Origin: Polyangiales bacterium
GTDB taxonomy: Bacteria > Myxococcota_A > Polyangia > Polyangiales > DASUME01
NCBI GenBank assembly: GCA_038257655.1
Contig: JBBSJC010000002.1
Location: 1 to 40,799 of the forward strand
Length of the DNA: 40,799 bases
Direction of reading: 5' to 3'
How positions within the stretch are numbered: the stretch's first letter is position 1; each line of letters begins with the position of its first letter. The translations under genes were made by a program, and so were the position numbers. Shown piece by piece: positions 1-9,700 of the stretch. The notes beneath the pieces are model-generated. The model was given only the letters and a program-made list of their open reading frames with translations. It was not told the DNA's origin and searched no databases.

Positions 1-285
1 AGCATCGATACACATCCAATTTCTGAAAACTGAGCATACCAAGGTATCGGCCAAGGCCGACCGAAGTTGCTCCCGTCGCCGTCGCCGCCGCCGTCAAGGC
101 TCACGACCAGGACAACGCTCACGCCCACGTGGAGAAAACGTCCTGGCAGCCCTAGTGATCACCTACTTCTGGGGACCTGTACTTAGGGAGCTGAAGCACT
201 TCAAACTTGGTAGTCCCTGAAAACGACGGATGTTGCGTGTCGGCATTAGATTCGAGCAGACGATGAAGAACCGAGCCGGTGCCGT

Positions 286-1461
286 TCATCGTACCGTGTG
301 CACCAGGAGCCCAACGAGGCCCGCGGCGACGATGATGAGCGGTTCGTGCAGCTTCTTGAAACGGATGAGAACCGCGAGCGTGACTAGGGCGATAAGCACG
401 GTGGGCACATCGATCAACGAGCGTCGCCCAAGCACGAAAGCTGCACCCGCAATCGCGCCCGTTGCTGCCGCCGTCACACCATCGACGAAGCCCTTCACCT
501 GAGCGTTTCTGGCGAACTTTCTGAAGTACGGTGCAGGCAAAACAGTGAACAGAAAGCAGGGCGCGAACGTGGCGAACCCGGCCACCACGGCGCCGGCTCC
601 TCCTGCGACCAAGTAGCCGATGAACGCGACCGTGATCACGACTGGTCCGGGCGTCACCATGGCCACGGCTACCGCATCGAGGAACTGCTGGTCAGTCAGC
701 CAATGAAACTCCGTGACGACGCCGCCGTGGAGGAATGGCACGATCGCCAATCCGCTTCCGAACACGAACGCTCCGGCTTCGGCAAAGTACCACGCGATTG
801 TTGCGAGCTTGTCTGTCGTGGCAGGCCCGTGGAGGCCCTCGAGGAGCCACAGCGGCACGACGGCCATGGTCGCCGAGCTCGCACTTGGCTTCGGGAATGC
901 CCGCACCAGCATGACCACCATGCCGCTCAAGACGAACACCCAAACGATTTCAGACTCCGTCCAGGCAGTCAGTAGCGCGTTGAGTGTGCAAACACTCCAC
1001 AGGAGCCAGTCTCTGCCGAGGGTCGACTTGGCCAGCTTGTGCGCGCCCCGCGCGATCAGAGCGATGACTGCGGCGCCGATGCCGTAGAACACCGCTTGCA
1101 GCCAAGGGATACCGCCGAAGCGCACATACAGACCGGCGATCAACAACACCATCAGGAACGAAGGCAGCACGAATGCAAAGCCCACCAGGCTCGCACCGAG
1201 CACGCCGCCGCGTACCCAACCCAAGTAGATGGCGAGCTGTGCGGCCAAGGGCCCTGGCGCGAGTTGGGCGAGGGCGAGGCCTTCCGAATAGTCTTGCTTA
1301 CTGAGCCAGCGCCGCTGCTCCACGAGGTCGCGCTGCATGGCTCCGGCGAGTGCGATGGGCCCGCCGAAGCCGAGCGCTCCAAGCCGCAGGAAGTACCTGA
1401 CGAGCTCGCGCAACGTACAGCTCACAAGTGCATCTGATTCAGCTGTATCTTGAATAGCCAT
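286..1461 (-). CDS. chrA: chromate ion transporter, long-chain CHR family (ChrA)
   Basis: 392-aa polytopic membrane ORF from the ATG at 1459-1461. The 491-aa track ORF adds an Arg/Ser-rich, non-membrane N-terminal extension that I discount. LGALGFGGPIALAGAMQRDLVEQRRWLSKQDYSEGLALAQLAPGPLAAQLAIYLGW is the classic ChrA signature. It recurs in degenerate form in the second half (TPGPVVITVAFIGY), consistent with the duplicated CHR architecture. Confidence 0.85.
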   Translation of the reverse strand: MAIQDTAESDALVSCTLRELVRYFLRLGALGFGGPIALAGAMQRDLVEQRRWLSKQDYSEGLALAQLAPGPLAAQLAIYLGWVRGGVLGASLVGFAFVLPSFLMVLLIAGLYVRFGGIPWLQAVFYGIGAAVIALIARGAHKLAKSTLGRDWLLWSVCTLNALLTAWTESEIVWVFVLSGMVVMLVRAFPKPSASSATMAVVPLWLLEGLHGPATTDKLATIAWYFAEAGAFVFGSGLAIVPFLHGGVVTEFHWLTDQQFLDAVAVAMVTPGPVVITVAFIGYLVAGGAGAVVAGFATFAPCFLFTVLPAPYFRKFARNAQVKGFVDGVTAAATGAIAGAAFVLGRRSLIDVPTVLIALVTLAVLIRFKKLHEPLIIVAAGLVGLLVHTVR

Positions 1462-1683
1462 GCAGGTGCGATAGCTGTACCCTCGCGCCCCTCCAGGCAC
1501 AACGACCTGGCACGTTCGCAGCCAGTGCCGTCGAGGGCTCAACGATGGGGATCTCGAGTGCGTGTCCTGATGGAGGGGCTTGTGGCGCAGCACGCCCCGC
1601 GACGCAGCGCGCATCGAGGCCGCCGTCACGCTGTTTGACGCGCTGTGCGCCGTCGACCACCCTCCTGCCAGGGTGAAGCGACG

Positions 1684-2478
1684 ATGACTACGAACCAGAT
1701 CGGTCGCAGAGGAGCGCTCGTGACGCTCACGCTGGGTGCGCTCGGAGCATGTCGGGCGCATGCTTTTGACGCGCGCAATGCCCAGGTTCCGCCGCAGGTT
1801 CCGCTCGCGCCGCCGACCAGCGCAGGAGCAGCGCGAAAGGAAGGTCCCATGCCAGGTTCCGCACTACGGGGCGAAAATGCCGTTCGACCCTTACCCTTCG
1901 ATCCAGCGAAGCTCCACGGGTTGTCCGAGCGAATGATGCGTTCGCACCACGAGAACAACTACACCGGTGCTGTCAAGAACCTCAACGCGGTGGAGAGGGA
2001 GCTGGCGGTCATCACGAAGGACACTCCACCTTTTCTGGTGGCAGCACTGCGTGAACGCGAGCTGATGTTCCGTGGATCTAAGCTCTTGCATGAGCAGTAC
2101 TTCGGAAGCCTGGGCGGTGACGGAAAGCGCGCGGGCAGTATCGAGAAGGCGCTCGTCGAGGCCTACGGATCGAGCGAGCGCTGGGTGGAGCACTTTCGCC
2201 TGACGGGCATGGGGCTCGGCGGTGGCAGCGGCTGGGTGATTCTCGGCTACGAGCTCGACACAGGAGCGCTTCGCACGTTCTGGTCTGGCAACCACACGCA
2301 AGCGCTTGCGTTGAGCGTGCCTCTGCTCGTGATGGACATGTACGAGCACGCCTATCAGATGGATTACGGCGCAGCCGCCGCGAAGTACATCGACGCTTTC
2401 CTCGTCAATGCGAGTTGGGAGGTCGTGGATAAGCGCTTCTCGTCCGCCCAACGGGCTCGTGCTGCGCTTTCTGGGTGA
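1684..2478 (+). CDS. Fe/Mn-family superoxide dismutase with twin-arginine signal peptide (ChrC-like)
   Basis: LPFDPAKLHGLSERMMRSHHENNYTGAVKNLN, LLHEQYFGSL, GSGWVILGY and DMYEHAYQMDYG align to the Fe/Mn-SOD fold, with all four metal ligands (H, H, D, H) alignable. The N-terminus TNQIGRRGALVTLTLGALGA resembles a TAT signal. I prefer the ATG at 1684; the track start at 1645 is possible. The gene is divergent from chrA. Confidence 0.8.
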   Translation: MTTNQIGRRGALVTLTLGALGACRAHAFDARNAQVPPQVPLAPPTSAGAARKEGPMPGSALRGENAVRPLPFDPAKLHGLSERMMRSHHENNYTGAVKNLNAVERELAVITKDTPPFLVAALRERELMFRGSKLLHEQYFGSLGGDGKRAGSIEKALVEAYGSSERWVEHFRLTGMGLGGGSGWVILGYELDTGALRTFWSGNHTQALALSVPLLVMDMYEHAYQMDYGAAAAKYIDAFLVNASWEVVDKRFSSAQRARAALSG

Positions 2479-2506
2479 GGGCGTTGGCCGCGGGACGGTC
2501 ATTCCC

Positions 2507-2529
2507 AAACACCGATTGACCATCGGTTT
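2507..2529. promoter_or_regulatory. imperfect inverted repeat upstream of the BlaI-type repressor gene (weak operator candidate)
   Basis: AAACACCGAT-TGACC-ATCGGTTT has a perfect 5-bp core (CCGAT/ATCGG) and extends with a 2-nt bulge. It lies 24-46 nt upstream of the ATG at 2553. I saw no TACA..TGTA cop-box or bla-operator sequence, so this assignment is tentative. Confidence 0.2.
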
Positions 2530-2552
2530 CTTGGAGCGTAGGCTCCCTGCGC

Positions 2553-2963
2553 ATGTCCAGAGGTCCGATCAATCCGCCGTTGCTTGGGGAGCTTGAGAGC
2601 GCCGTGATGAACCACGTCTGGGCGGGTCGCGATGGAGAGGCCAAAGCCGTGCACGCCACGCTCGGCAGGCGCCGCGGAATTACGCTGAACACCATCCAAT
2701 CGACCCTCAAGCGCCTCTACGAAAAAGGCCTGCTAACCCGCGACAAGGTGAGCCACTCCCATGTCTATCGTGCGCGTATTTCCCGTGAGGAGTTCCACCG
2801 CATCTTGATCGGCGACCTGGTCTCAGGCCTGCTCGAAAAGCACACCGATTCCGTAGTGTCGGCCTTCGTCGACGTCGCGGAACGCGCAGGACCGGAGACG
2901 CTCGACAGGCTCGAGGCGATGATCGCTGACCGTCGGCGTGAACGCGCGGGGACGAAGCGCTGA
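2553..2963 (+). CDS. BlaI/MecI/CopY-family winged-helix transcriptional repressor
   Basis: 136 aa. LGELESAVMNHVW...TLGRRRGITLNTIQSTLKRLYEKGLLTRDKVSHSHVYRA is the Penicillinase_R-type wHTH. The C-terminal helical dimerisation part contains VVSAFVDV at residues 101-108, aligned by hand to the S. aureus BlaI LVLNFVEN cleavage region. The protein has no Cys at all, so it lacks the CopY CxCx4CxC metal site. Confidence 0.85.
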   Translation: MSRGPINPPLLGELESAVMNHVWAGRDGEAKAVHATLGRRRGITLNTIQSTLKRLYEKGLLTRDKVSHSHVYRARISREEFHRILIGDLVSGLLEKHTDSVVSAFVDVAERAGPETLDRLEAMIADRRRERAGTKR

Positions 2964-3952
2964 TGGAAAAGCTCGCCGCGGCCGAGATGTTCTTGCTCAC
3001 TCTCGTCGGGTGCGGGCTCTTGTCGTGTCTGGTCTGCGGCTTGGTTGCGCCGAAAGCCGTCGCGGCACTACGTCACTGGGAGCCGACACGCCGTCACCTC
3101 GCCCTCGTGCTGCTCGCGGCGGCTCCGGCGCTACTCACGGCGGCGTGCTTTCTGACACTCCTGTCGCCTTCGATTGTGGCGCTCTTCGCACCGGCGCTCG
3201 ATCACTGTCTGGTGCACGATGACGGGCACGCTCACCTATGCTTCTCACACCTTCCGCATCACGCACCGCATCCTGCGATCTGGGTGTGTTCGGCCTTCCT
3301 GTTTACGCTGCTCGCGTTTGCAGCGGCTGAGAGAGTATGGCGTGTCGCATCGAGCGCCCGGGTCGCACGTGGACTTTTGCGCACGAGCAGCAAGAGCGAC
3401 GAAGGGGTGCACGTGCTCGAGAGCGATGCGGTGCTCTGCGCCACGGTCGGCTTGCTGCGGCCCAAGGTCGTCGTGTCTCGCCAGGTTCTCGAAGGCCTGC
3501 CCGATCTAGAACGGCGTGCGCTAATCGTCCATGAGCAGAGCCACGCTCGTCGCCACGATGCGCTGGCGCGTAGCCTCGTCCGACTCGCGATCTTACTGTA
3601 TCCGAGATCCACGGGGCTGCGCATCGCACAGGCCCTGGACCTCGCGGCGGAGCAAGCTTGCGATGAAGCTGCCGCGCGCGCGGTCGGAGACAGGCTCGCT
3701 GTGGCCGACGCCATTGTTCGCATCGAGCGGATGATGTCGGGCGCACCCCTTTCGCAGCTTGGTTTGGTTGCGGTCGGCATGGGCCAGCTCGCGATTGAGC
3801 AGCGCGTGCACTCACTTGTGCATCCGCACGCGGAGCGAGGCGCTCCGCTCGGCTGGCTGTTGCTCATCTCGGTGATGTTGATCGGGATGTTCGCCGCGGG
3901 CGATTTCCTCCACCACGCGGTCGAATCCATTCTCTCTCCATTGTTGCAGTGA
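2963..3952 (+). CDS. M56-family (BlaR1/MecR1-like) membrane metalloprotease lacking a C-terminal sensor domain, with a His/Cys-rich loop
   Basis: 329 aa. The ATG overlaps the upstream stop (TGATG). The HEXXH motif is in ALIVHEQSHARRHDA (nt 3530-3544) within a large loop after the third hydrophobic segment. A final TM (GWLLLISVMLIGMFAAG) is followed by only about 20 residues. HCLVHDDGHAHLCFSHLPHHAPHP (residues 81-104, nt 3203-3274) has 8 His and 2 Cys in 24 residues and lies between TM2 and TM3. Confidence 0.8.
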   Translation: MEKLAAAEMFLLTLVGCGLLSCLVCGLVAPKAVAALRHWEPTRRHLALVLLAAAPALLTAACFLTLLSPSIVALFAPALDHCLVHDDGHAHLCFSHLPHHAPHPAIWVCSAFLFTLLAFAAAERVWRVASSARVARGLLRTSSKSDEGVHVLESDAVLCATVGLLRPKVVVSRQVLEGLPDLERRALIVHEQSHARRHDALARSLVRLAILLYPRSTGLRIAQALDLAAEQACDEAAARAVGDRLAVADAIVRIERMMSGAPLSQLGLVAVGMGQLAIEQRVHSLVHPHAERGAPLGWLLLISVMLIGMFAAGDFLHHAVESILSPLLQ

Positions 3953-5211
3953 GGACATCGATGCTCGCTCGGGTGGCGTGTTCGCCGTTCAAAATACCGA
4001 GCGTCGGTCGGCTTTTGTGCGCGATGGTGCTGTTCGTAGCGAGCTCCGCACGTGCGCAGATGTTGACCGAGCGTGGAGTCGTGGAGCGTGCCCTTGCGCG
4101 ACCGGACATGGTGCAGATCGTGCGCGCGAGAGTCGAAGCCGCACAAGGTCGCGCGGTCGCCGCCGGGGCGCGCCCGAATCCGCAGTTCAACTACATGCGT
4201 GAGCAGACCTATAACGCGAGTGGTACGGGCGAGGACTACGTGTCCGTCGCCCAGACCATTCACCTCGGGGGGCGCTATCGACTGCAGCGGCAAGCGGCTG
4301 AAGCGCGAGCGCGTGCGCGTGCACAGGATGGTCTGAGCCAGCGGCTTGTCGTGGCGGCAGACGCTCGCTCGCGCTTTTACGAGTGTCTGCATCGGGAGCA
4401 GCGCGTTGCGGCGCTCGTGAGCTTGCTCGGGCAGGTGGAGCACGCGCTTCAGATCGTGCAGCGGCGAGCAGCAAGCGGCGATGCGGCGCGGTACTACCAG
4501 CGTCGGCTGGAGCGCGAGCGCGCGGCGACACTGGCTCGCCTCGAAGCCGAGCGTGCGCACTTGTCGGGCGCAAGACACCGCCTCGGCGCGCTCGTTGGTC
4601 TCGACGCCGACGCGATGACCTTGTCGGGCTCGCTGCTGCCAGAAGGAGAGCTCGCGCCAGCCGATGCGCTCCGCAAGACCGCCGGAGTCCGACCCGACCT
4701 TGTTTCGCTCGAGCAGGAGCGCCTAGGAGCAACCCTCGATGCTCGGGCCGCGCGGCGGGCATGGATCCCCGAGCTGCGCTTGGAAGGCGGCTACAAGGGC
4801 ATCGGGCTGAACGCCGGCGGGCGCACGGATGGTTTTCTGGCCGGTGGCTATCTTACGCTGCCGCTCTGGGATCGCGGCACCGGGTTGCGACAGGCGGCCG
4901 AGGCCGAAGCGCGTGCGCTCGCCGCCCAGAAGCGTCTGACTGAGAGTGAGCTCGACGGGGAGCTGAGCGGCGCGCGCGCCGAGACGTCGCTCCTGCGCGA
5001 GGCGGCCGTGCAGTTCCGCGAGACTTCCGCGCGCCTTTCGGCCGACCTCATGCACATCGCCTCGGTGGGATATGAGGGTGGCGAGCTTGGCCTGCTCGAG
5101 CTGCTCGATGCGTATCGCGGTGCGGCTGAAGATGAGCTCGCCGCGCTCGACATGGAGCTTGCGTCTCGACGCGCACTCATCGATCTCGATCGTTTGACGG
5201 GGCTAGAATAA
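3949..5211 (+). CDS. TolC-family outer membrane efflux protein (CusC/CzcC-like)
   Basis: 420 aa. The GTG start overlaps the upstream stop (GTGA); an alternative ATG is at 3961. It has a signal peptide (LLCAMVLFVASSARAQ). There are two Ala/Arg/Leu-rich coiled-coil repeats typical of outer membrane efflux proteins, and a C-terminal ALIDLDRLTG. No lipobox Cys is present. Confidence 0.8.
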   Translation: MRTSMLARVACSPFKIPSVGRLLCAMVLFVASSARAQMLTERGVVERALARPDMVQIVRARVEAAQGRAVAAGARPNPQFNYMREQTYNASGTGEDYVSVAQTIHLGGRYRLQRQAAEARARARAQDGLSQRLVVAADARSRFYECLHREQRVAALVSLLGQVEHALQIVQRRAASGDAARYYQRRLERERAATLARLEAERAHLSGARHRLGALVGLDADAMTLSGSLLPEGELAPADALRKTAGVRPDLVSLEQERLGATLDARAARRAWIPELRLEGGYKGIGLNAGGRTDGFLAGGYLTLPLWDRGTGLRQAAEAEARALAAQKRLTESELDGELSGARAETSLLREAAVQFRETSARLSADLMHIASVGYEGGELGLLELLDAYRGAAEDELAALDMELASRRALIDLDRLTGLE

Positions 5212-5213
5212 CC

Positions 5214-6764
5214 ATGAAGCGTTTCATTCTTCTAGCTGCACTGTGCTGCGCCTGTGACAGTCACGAGCACGGCGAGCACGGTCATCCACATGGTCCCGCA
5301 CAGAGCGCGGCAGATCCGCGGCCGGCGCTTTCGTTCACCGATTGGACCGAGCAGACGGAGCTCTTCATGGAGCTGCGCGCGTTGGTGCGCGGCAAGGAGT
5401 CGCCGTGCGCCGCGCACGTGACGAAGCTCGAGGGATTCGAAGCGCTTTCGGCCGGCCGGGTGACCGTGATCCTACGCGGGCCTTCCGGTGACGAGCGCTT
5501 CGTTGCCGACAAGCCGAGCGTGGCCGGAATCTTTCGACCCGTGGCGCGTCCCGCGTCGCGTGGAAAGCGTCAGCTACTCGTAGAGATCGAAGCCGAGCAT
5601 GTGAAAGCACTGCACGACCTGGGCGAGGTCACGGTGTTCGACAACGTCGAAGCCGCCAAGGTGGGCATCGTTGAAGAACCCGAAGTCGGCGGCCGCATTA
5701 CCTTCTTGAAGGAGCAGCAGTGGCCCATCGACTTCTCCACGGAGCGTGTGGCTGAGCGCGAGATGCGCCCGCTGTTGCGCGTGCCCGGCGAGCTGGTTCC
5801 GCGGCCCGACGCAGACGTGTGGGTGTCGGCTCCCGTGGCAGGGCGTGTGGTCAGCGCGAAAAGCGGTTTTCCGCGCGTGGGGGATCGCGTGGTGATCCAA
5901 CAATCCCTGGGCGTGCTCGCGCCTCGACTGGATGCTGCGGACATCGCCTCCCTGGAGCTTGCGATTCAGAGTGGCGAGCTTGACCTACGACACGCGCAGA
6001 ACGAACGCGCCCGCCTCGAAGGGCTGCGCAGCGAGGGGGCGGTGCCCGAACGACGCGTAGTGGAGGCCGTGCACGAGGAAGAGACGGCCACTGTGGCGCT
6101 CAGCAGCGCGCGTGCGCGCTTCGAGCAGTTCCGACGCGTGCAGACCACGACCGGTCGCGGACAGGGCGCGGTGCCGCTGCTGGCGCCGCTCACGGGTAGG
6201 GTCGAAGAAGTGCGTGTCGCACCGGGAGCGTTCGTTGAGGCAGGCGCGCCGCTATTTCGAGTGGTCGACACCACGACGCTGTGGCTTGAAGCGCGCGTCT
6301 CCGAGATCGACGTGAGTAAGGTACACGACCTGCGAGGCGCTTCGTTCGCAGTCGGCGCGGACCCCAGCGTCGTGGAGCTCAGCGCGGAAATGCTCGTGGC
6401 CCAGCGGCGCATCTTGGACGAGCGTACCCGCACCCTGTCCGTGTGGTTCGCGGTCGACAACGCGAGCGGCCGGTTCGTCGCTGGGACCGCGGCCACGGTT
6501 GCACTCGTCGTAGGCGATGCGACGTCCAAGCTGTCGGTGCCGGACGGCGCAGTGATCGATGACGGCGGAACCTCGGTGGTGTTCGTGCAAGCCGAGGGCG
6601 AAGCGTTCGAGCGCCGCATCGTACGAACGGGCCTGCGCGACGCGGGTTACGTCGTGATCGAGAGCGGAGTCAAACCTGGAGAGCGCGTGGCGGTCCGCGG
6701 CGCCTACGCCGTCAAGCTTGCCGCGTCGAGTGGCGTGCTTCCGGCCCACGGCCACTCGCACTGA
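5214..6764 (+). CDS. efflux RND periplasmic adaptor subunit (CusB/CzcB-like) with His-rich termini
   Basis: 516 aa, starting 2 nt after the OMF stop. It has a lipoprotein-like signal (LLAALCCAC). Adaptor motifs are present: VSAPVAGRVVS and PLTGRVEEVRVAPGAFVEAGAPLFRVVDTTTLWLEARVSEID. A His-rich segment HEHGEHGHPHG follows the signal, and the C-terminus is PAHGHSH. Confidence 0.85.
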   Translation: MKRFILLAALCCACDSHEHGEHGHPHGPAQSAADPRPALSFTDWTEQTELFMELRALVRGKESPCAAHVTKLEGFEALSAGRVTVILRGPSGDERFVADKPSVAGIFRPVARPASRGKRQLLVEIEAEHVKALHDLGEVTVFDNVEAAKVGIVEEPEVGGRITFLKEQQWPIDFSTERVAEREMRPLLRVPGELVPRPDADVWVSAPVAGRVVSAKSGFPRVGDRVVIQQSLGVLAPRLDAADIASLELAIQSGELDLRHAQNERARLEGLRSEGAVPERRVVEAVHEEETATVALSSARARFEQFRRVQTTTGRGQGAVPLLAPLTGRVEEVRVAPGAFVEAGAPLFRVVDTTTLWLEARVSEIDVSKVHDLRGASFAVGADPSVVELSAEMLVAQRRILDERTRTLSVWFAVDNASGRFVAGTAATVALVVGDATSKLSVPDGAVIDDGGTSVVFVQAEGEAFERRIVRTGLRDAGYVVIESGVKPGERVAVRGAYAVKLAASSGVLPAHGHSH

Positions 6765-6775
6765 AGGGACCTCCC

Positions 6776-9700
6776 GTGATCGATCGCATGCTCGCTTGGT
6801 CTTTGACGCACCGCCCGGCCGTGCTGACGCTGTCGCTCGTGCTGCTCGCGTGGGGCGCAGTTACGGCGCGCAACATGCCCGTCGATGTCTTTCCAGACCT
6901 GACAGCGCCCACGGTCACCGTGATTACCGAAGCACACGGCATGGCTCCCGAGGAGCTCGAGTTGCGTGTCACCTTTCCGATCGAGACCGCGCTCAATGGC
7001 GCTCCGGGCGTGCGACGCGTGCGCTCGGCCACGGGCGTGGGCATCTCCATCGTGTACGTGGAGTTCGAGTGGGGGGCTGAGATCTTTCGTGCGCGTCAGA
7101 TCGTGAGCGAGAAGCTGCAGCTCGTACGCGATGCGCTGCCAGCCGAGGTCGAGCCACCCGTGCTCGCACCCATCTCCTCGATCATGGGCGAGATTCTGTT
7201 TCTTGCGCTGAACAGCGAGCGCGAATCGCCCATGGCCGTACGGACGTTTGCGGACTTCACACTGCGCAGGCGCCTACTCGCCATCCCGGGCGTGTCGCAG
7301 GTGATCGTCACGGGCGGCGAGCGTCGTCAGTACGAGGTGGTGCTCGAACCAGAGCGCTTGCTCGCCTACGACCTGACGGTTTCTGAGGTGGTGCGGGCAC
7401 TCGAGCAGACCAGCGTCAACGTGTCCGCGGGCTTTGTGAACGAGGGGGGGCAGGAGTACCTCGTGCACGGAATCGGCCGCGTACGCACGCCGGACGACGT
7501 GGCCGAAACCCTGGTTGCGCTGCGTGACGGCGTTCCTGTGCTCATCCGGCACCTGGGCAGCGTGCGCATTGGGGCCGCGATTCGCAGGGGGGAGGGCTCG
7601 TACAACGCGCATCCGGCCGTGGTGGTAGGGATCCAAAAGCAGCCCGGCGCCAATACGCTCGCGCTGACTCGCCGCATCGACGCCGAGCTTCAGGCGATGA
7701 CGAAGACTTTGCCCCCCGGCATGAAGGTGCACGCAAACGTCTTTCGGCAGGCCGACTTCATCGAGCGCGCGGTGCACAACGTCACGGCGGCGCTGCGCGA
7801 CGGCGTCTTCTTGGTGTTTCTGGTCGTCTTACTCTTTCTCGCCAGCGCCCGCGCCAGCCTGATCACGATCGTGGCGATTCCGCTTTCGCTCGTCACCGCG
7901 ACGTTCGTGCTCTCCGCGGTCGGGGCCACGCTCAACACCATGACCCTGGGCGGCATGGCGATAGCCGTCGGTGAGCTCGTTGACGATGCCGTCATCGACG
8001 TGGAAAACGTGCTGCGACGGCTGCGTCAGAATGCGCTGCGCGAACCTGCACTTCGTATGCCCACGCTGGAGGTCGTGCTCGCCGCAAGTCGGGAGATCCG
8101 CAGCTCCATCGTGTTTGCCACATTGGTCGTCGTGCTCGTGTTCTCCCCGTTGTTCGTGCTCTCGGGTGTCGAGGGGCGGCTGTTGATGCCGCTGGGGCTT
8201 TCGTACATCGTGGCGCTCGGTGCCTCGTTGCTGGTCGCCGTCACGGTGACACCGGTCTTGTGCTCGTTCCTCTTGCCGCGCGAGGCGGAGAGAGCCGATC
8301 ATGAACCCCGTTTCGCACGCTGGCTCAAGCGGCGATACGCGCCCTTCCTAGAACGCGCGCTGCAGCATCCAGGCCGCGTCGCCGCCGTCGCGATCGCGCT
8401 CTTGATCGCGTCCCTCGTGGGCCTGAGCTTCTCAGGCCGAGCCTTCCTGCCGGAGTTCCGGGAGGGTACGTTGACGGTCGCCGCGGTCACCTTGCCCGGC
8501 ACGTCACTCAAAGAGTCCGATGCGCTGGGACGTCGCATCGAACAGGTCTTGCTGAAGCAGCCGGAGGTCGTCTCGGTCGCGCGCCGCACGGGGCGCGCAG
8601 AGCTCGACGAGCACGCCCAAGGCACGAATGCCGCGGAGCTCGACGTGAGCTTGCGCGGCGGAAAACGCAGCCGCGAGGAGCTGCTCGAAGCTCTGCGCCG
8701 CGAGTTTTCGATGATCCCCGGCATGAACATCACGATCGGACAACCGATAGGTCACCGCATCGATCACATGCTCTCTGGCACGCGCGCCAACATCGCCGTC
8801 AAGATCTTCGGCGATGACCTGGCCGAGCTCCGCAGGCTTTCTTCCTCCATCGAAACGACCATGCGTGGTATTCCCGGCGTCGCTGACCTTTCGCGCGAGC
8901 AGCAGTCGGACATCCCGTTCATCCGCGTGCGTTTCGATCGCAGCGCGATTGCGCGCTACGGGCTGCACGTGGCCGAGGTTGCAGAGGCGCTGACGATCGC
9001 AAGCGGCGTGCACGTCGTGTCGCAAGTGACCGAGGGCCAAGCCATCTTCGACCTGGTGGTGCGTTTCGACCCCGCGAAAGCCAGCACACTCGACACGTTG
9101 CGCGATGTGCGCATCAAAGCTCCCTCTGGTGCGGAAGTGCCGCTGCGTGCGCTAGCCAGCGTGGAGCGCGATCGGGGGCCGAGTGAGATCGGTCGCGAGA
9201 ACGTGCAGAGAAAGCTGGTCGTGAGCTGCAATGCCGCGGGCAGAGATGTGGTGAGCCTAGTCCGAGATATTCAGACTGCGATCGAGCGGGATGTGAAGCT
9301 CCCCGGAGGCTATCGCGTGGAGTACGGCGGCCAGTTCGAAAGCGCGGAGGCGGCTTCCAAGACCTTACTGTTTCTGGGCATCTTGTGCGTGCTCGGAGTG
9401 CTTGGCCTGTTGTACTCGGCTTTCGGCTCCCTACGGGATGCCTTGCTGGTCATGCTCAATTTGCCGCTCGCGCTGATCGGTGGCGCGGTAGGGGTCTTTG
9501 CCACGGGCGGTGTGCTGTCTGTCGCATCCCTCGTCGGCTTCATCACGCTCTTCGGCATCGCCACACGCAACGGGATCATGCTGGTCTCCCACATCCGCCA
9601 CCTGGTCGCAGAAGAAGGCGTCACCGAGGTGGACGAAGCCGTGCGGCGGGGTGCGACAGAGCGCCTGGTTCCCATCTTGATGACCGCGCTCGCGGCGGGC

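Noticed and set aside
1-37. On the minus strand, ATG at 35-37 followed by MLSFQKLDVYRC, running off the left edge. It resembles the N-terminus of 'four helix bundle' (23S rRNA intervening-sequence-type) proteins.
   Set aside because: Only 12 codons are visible and the SD is weak. A competing frame also runs off the edge. This is too little evidence to report as a feature.
1508-1520. TGGCACGTTCGCA in the chrA/SOD intergenic region looked like a sigma-54 -24/-12 promoter.
   Set aside because: The distance from the GG to the GC dinucleotide is 9 nt, not the 12 nt of the TGGCAC-N5-TTGC consensus. There is also no TTGC element.
1462-1761. N-terminal extensions in the ORF track. These are chrA to 1761, SOD from 1645, copA to 12780, 19025-19648 for the acidic protein, VOC to 23121, the lipoprotein from 26657, the oxygenase from 29694, and YceI from 20633.
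   Set aside because: The extensions are compositionally non-protein-like or overlap neighbouring genes. Internal ATGs are preceded by SD sequences and give canonical N-termini (TAT or lipoprotein signals, family-typical lengths). I used the shorter coordinates.
2553-2963. The BlaI-family protein might be a CopY-type direct copper sensor.
   Set aside because: CopY senses Cu/Zn through a C-terminal CxCx4CxC motif, and this protein contains no cysteine at all. I found no TACAnnTGTA cop box upstream.
3259-4578. Long antisense ORFs opposite well-supported genes. Examples are 3259-4578(-), 5966-6619(-), 10104-10973(+), 19571-20449(-), 25842-26471(-), 32048-32950(-) and 36384-36992(-).
   Set aside because: Their translations are Arg/Ala/Ser/Pro-rich low-complexity sequence with no recognisable motifs. 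They lie exactly opposite genes with strong family signatures. This is typical of shadow ORFs in high-GC DNA.
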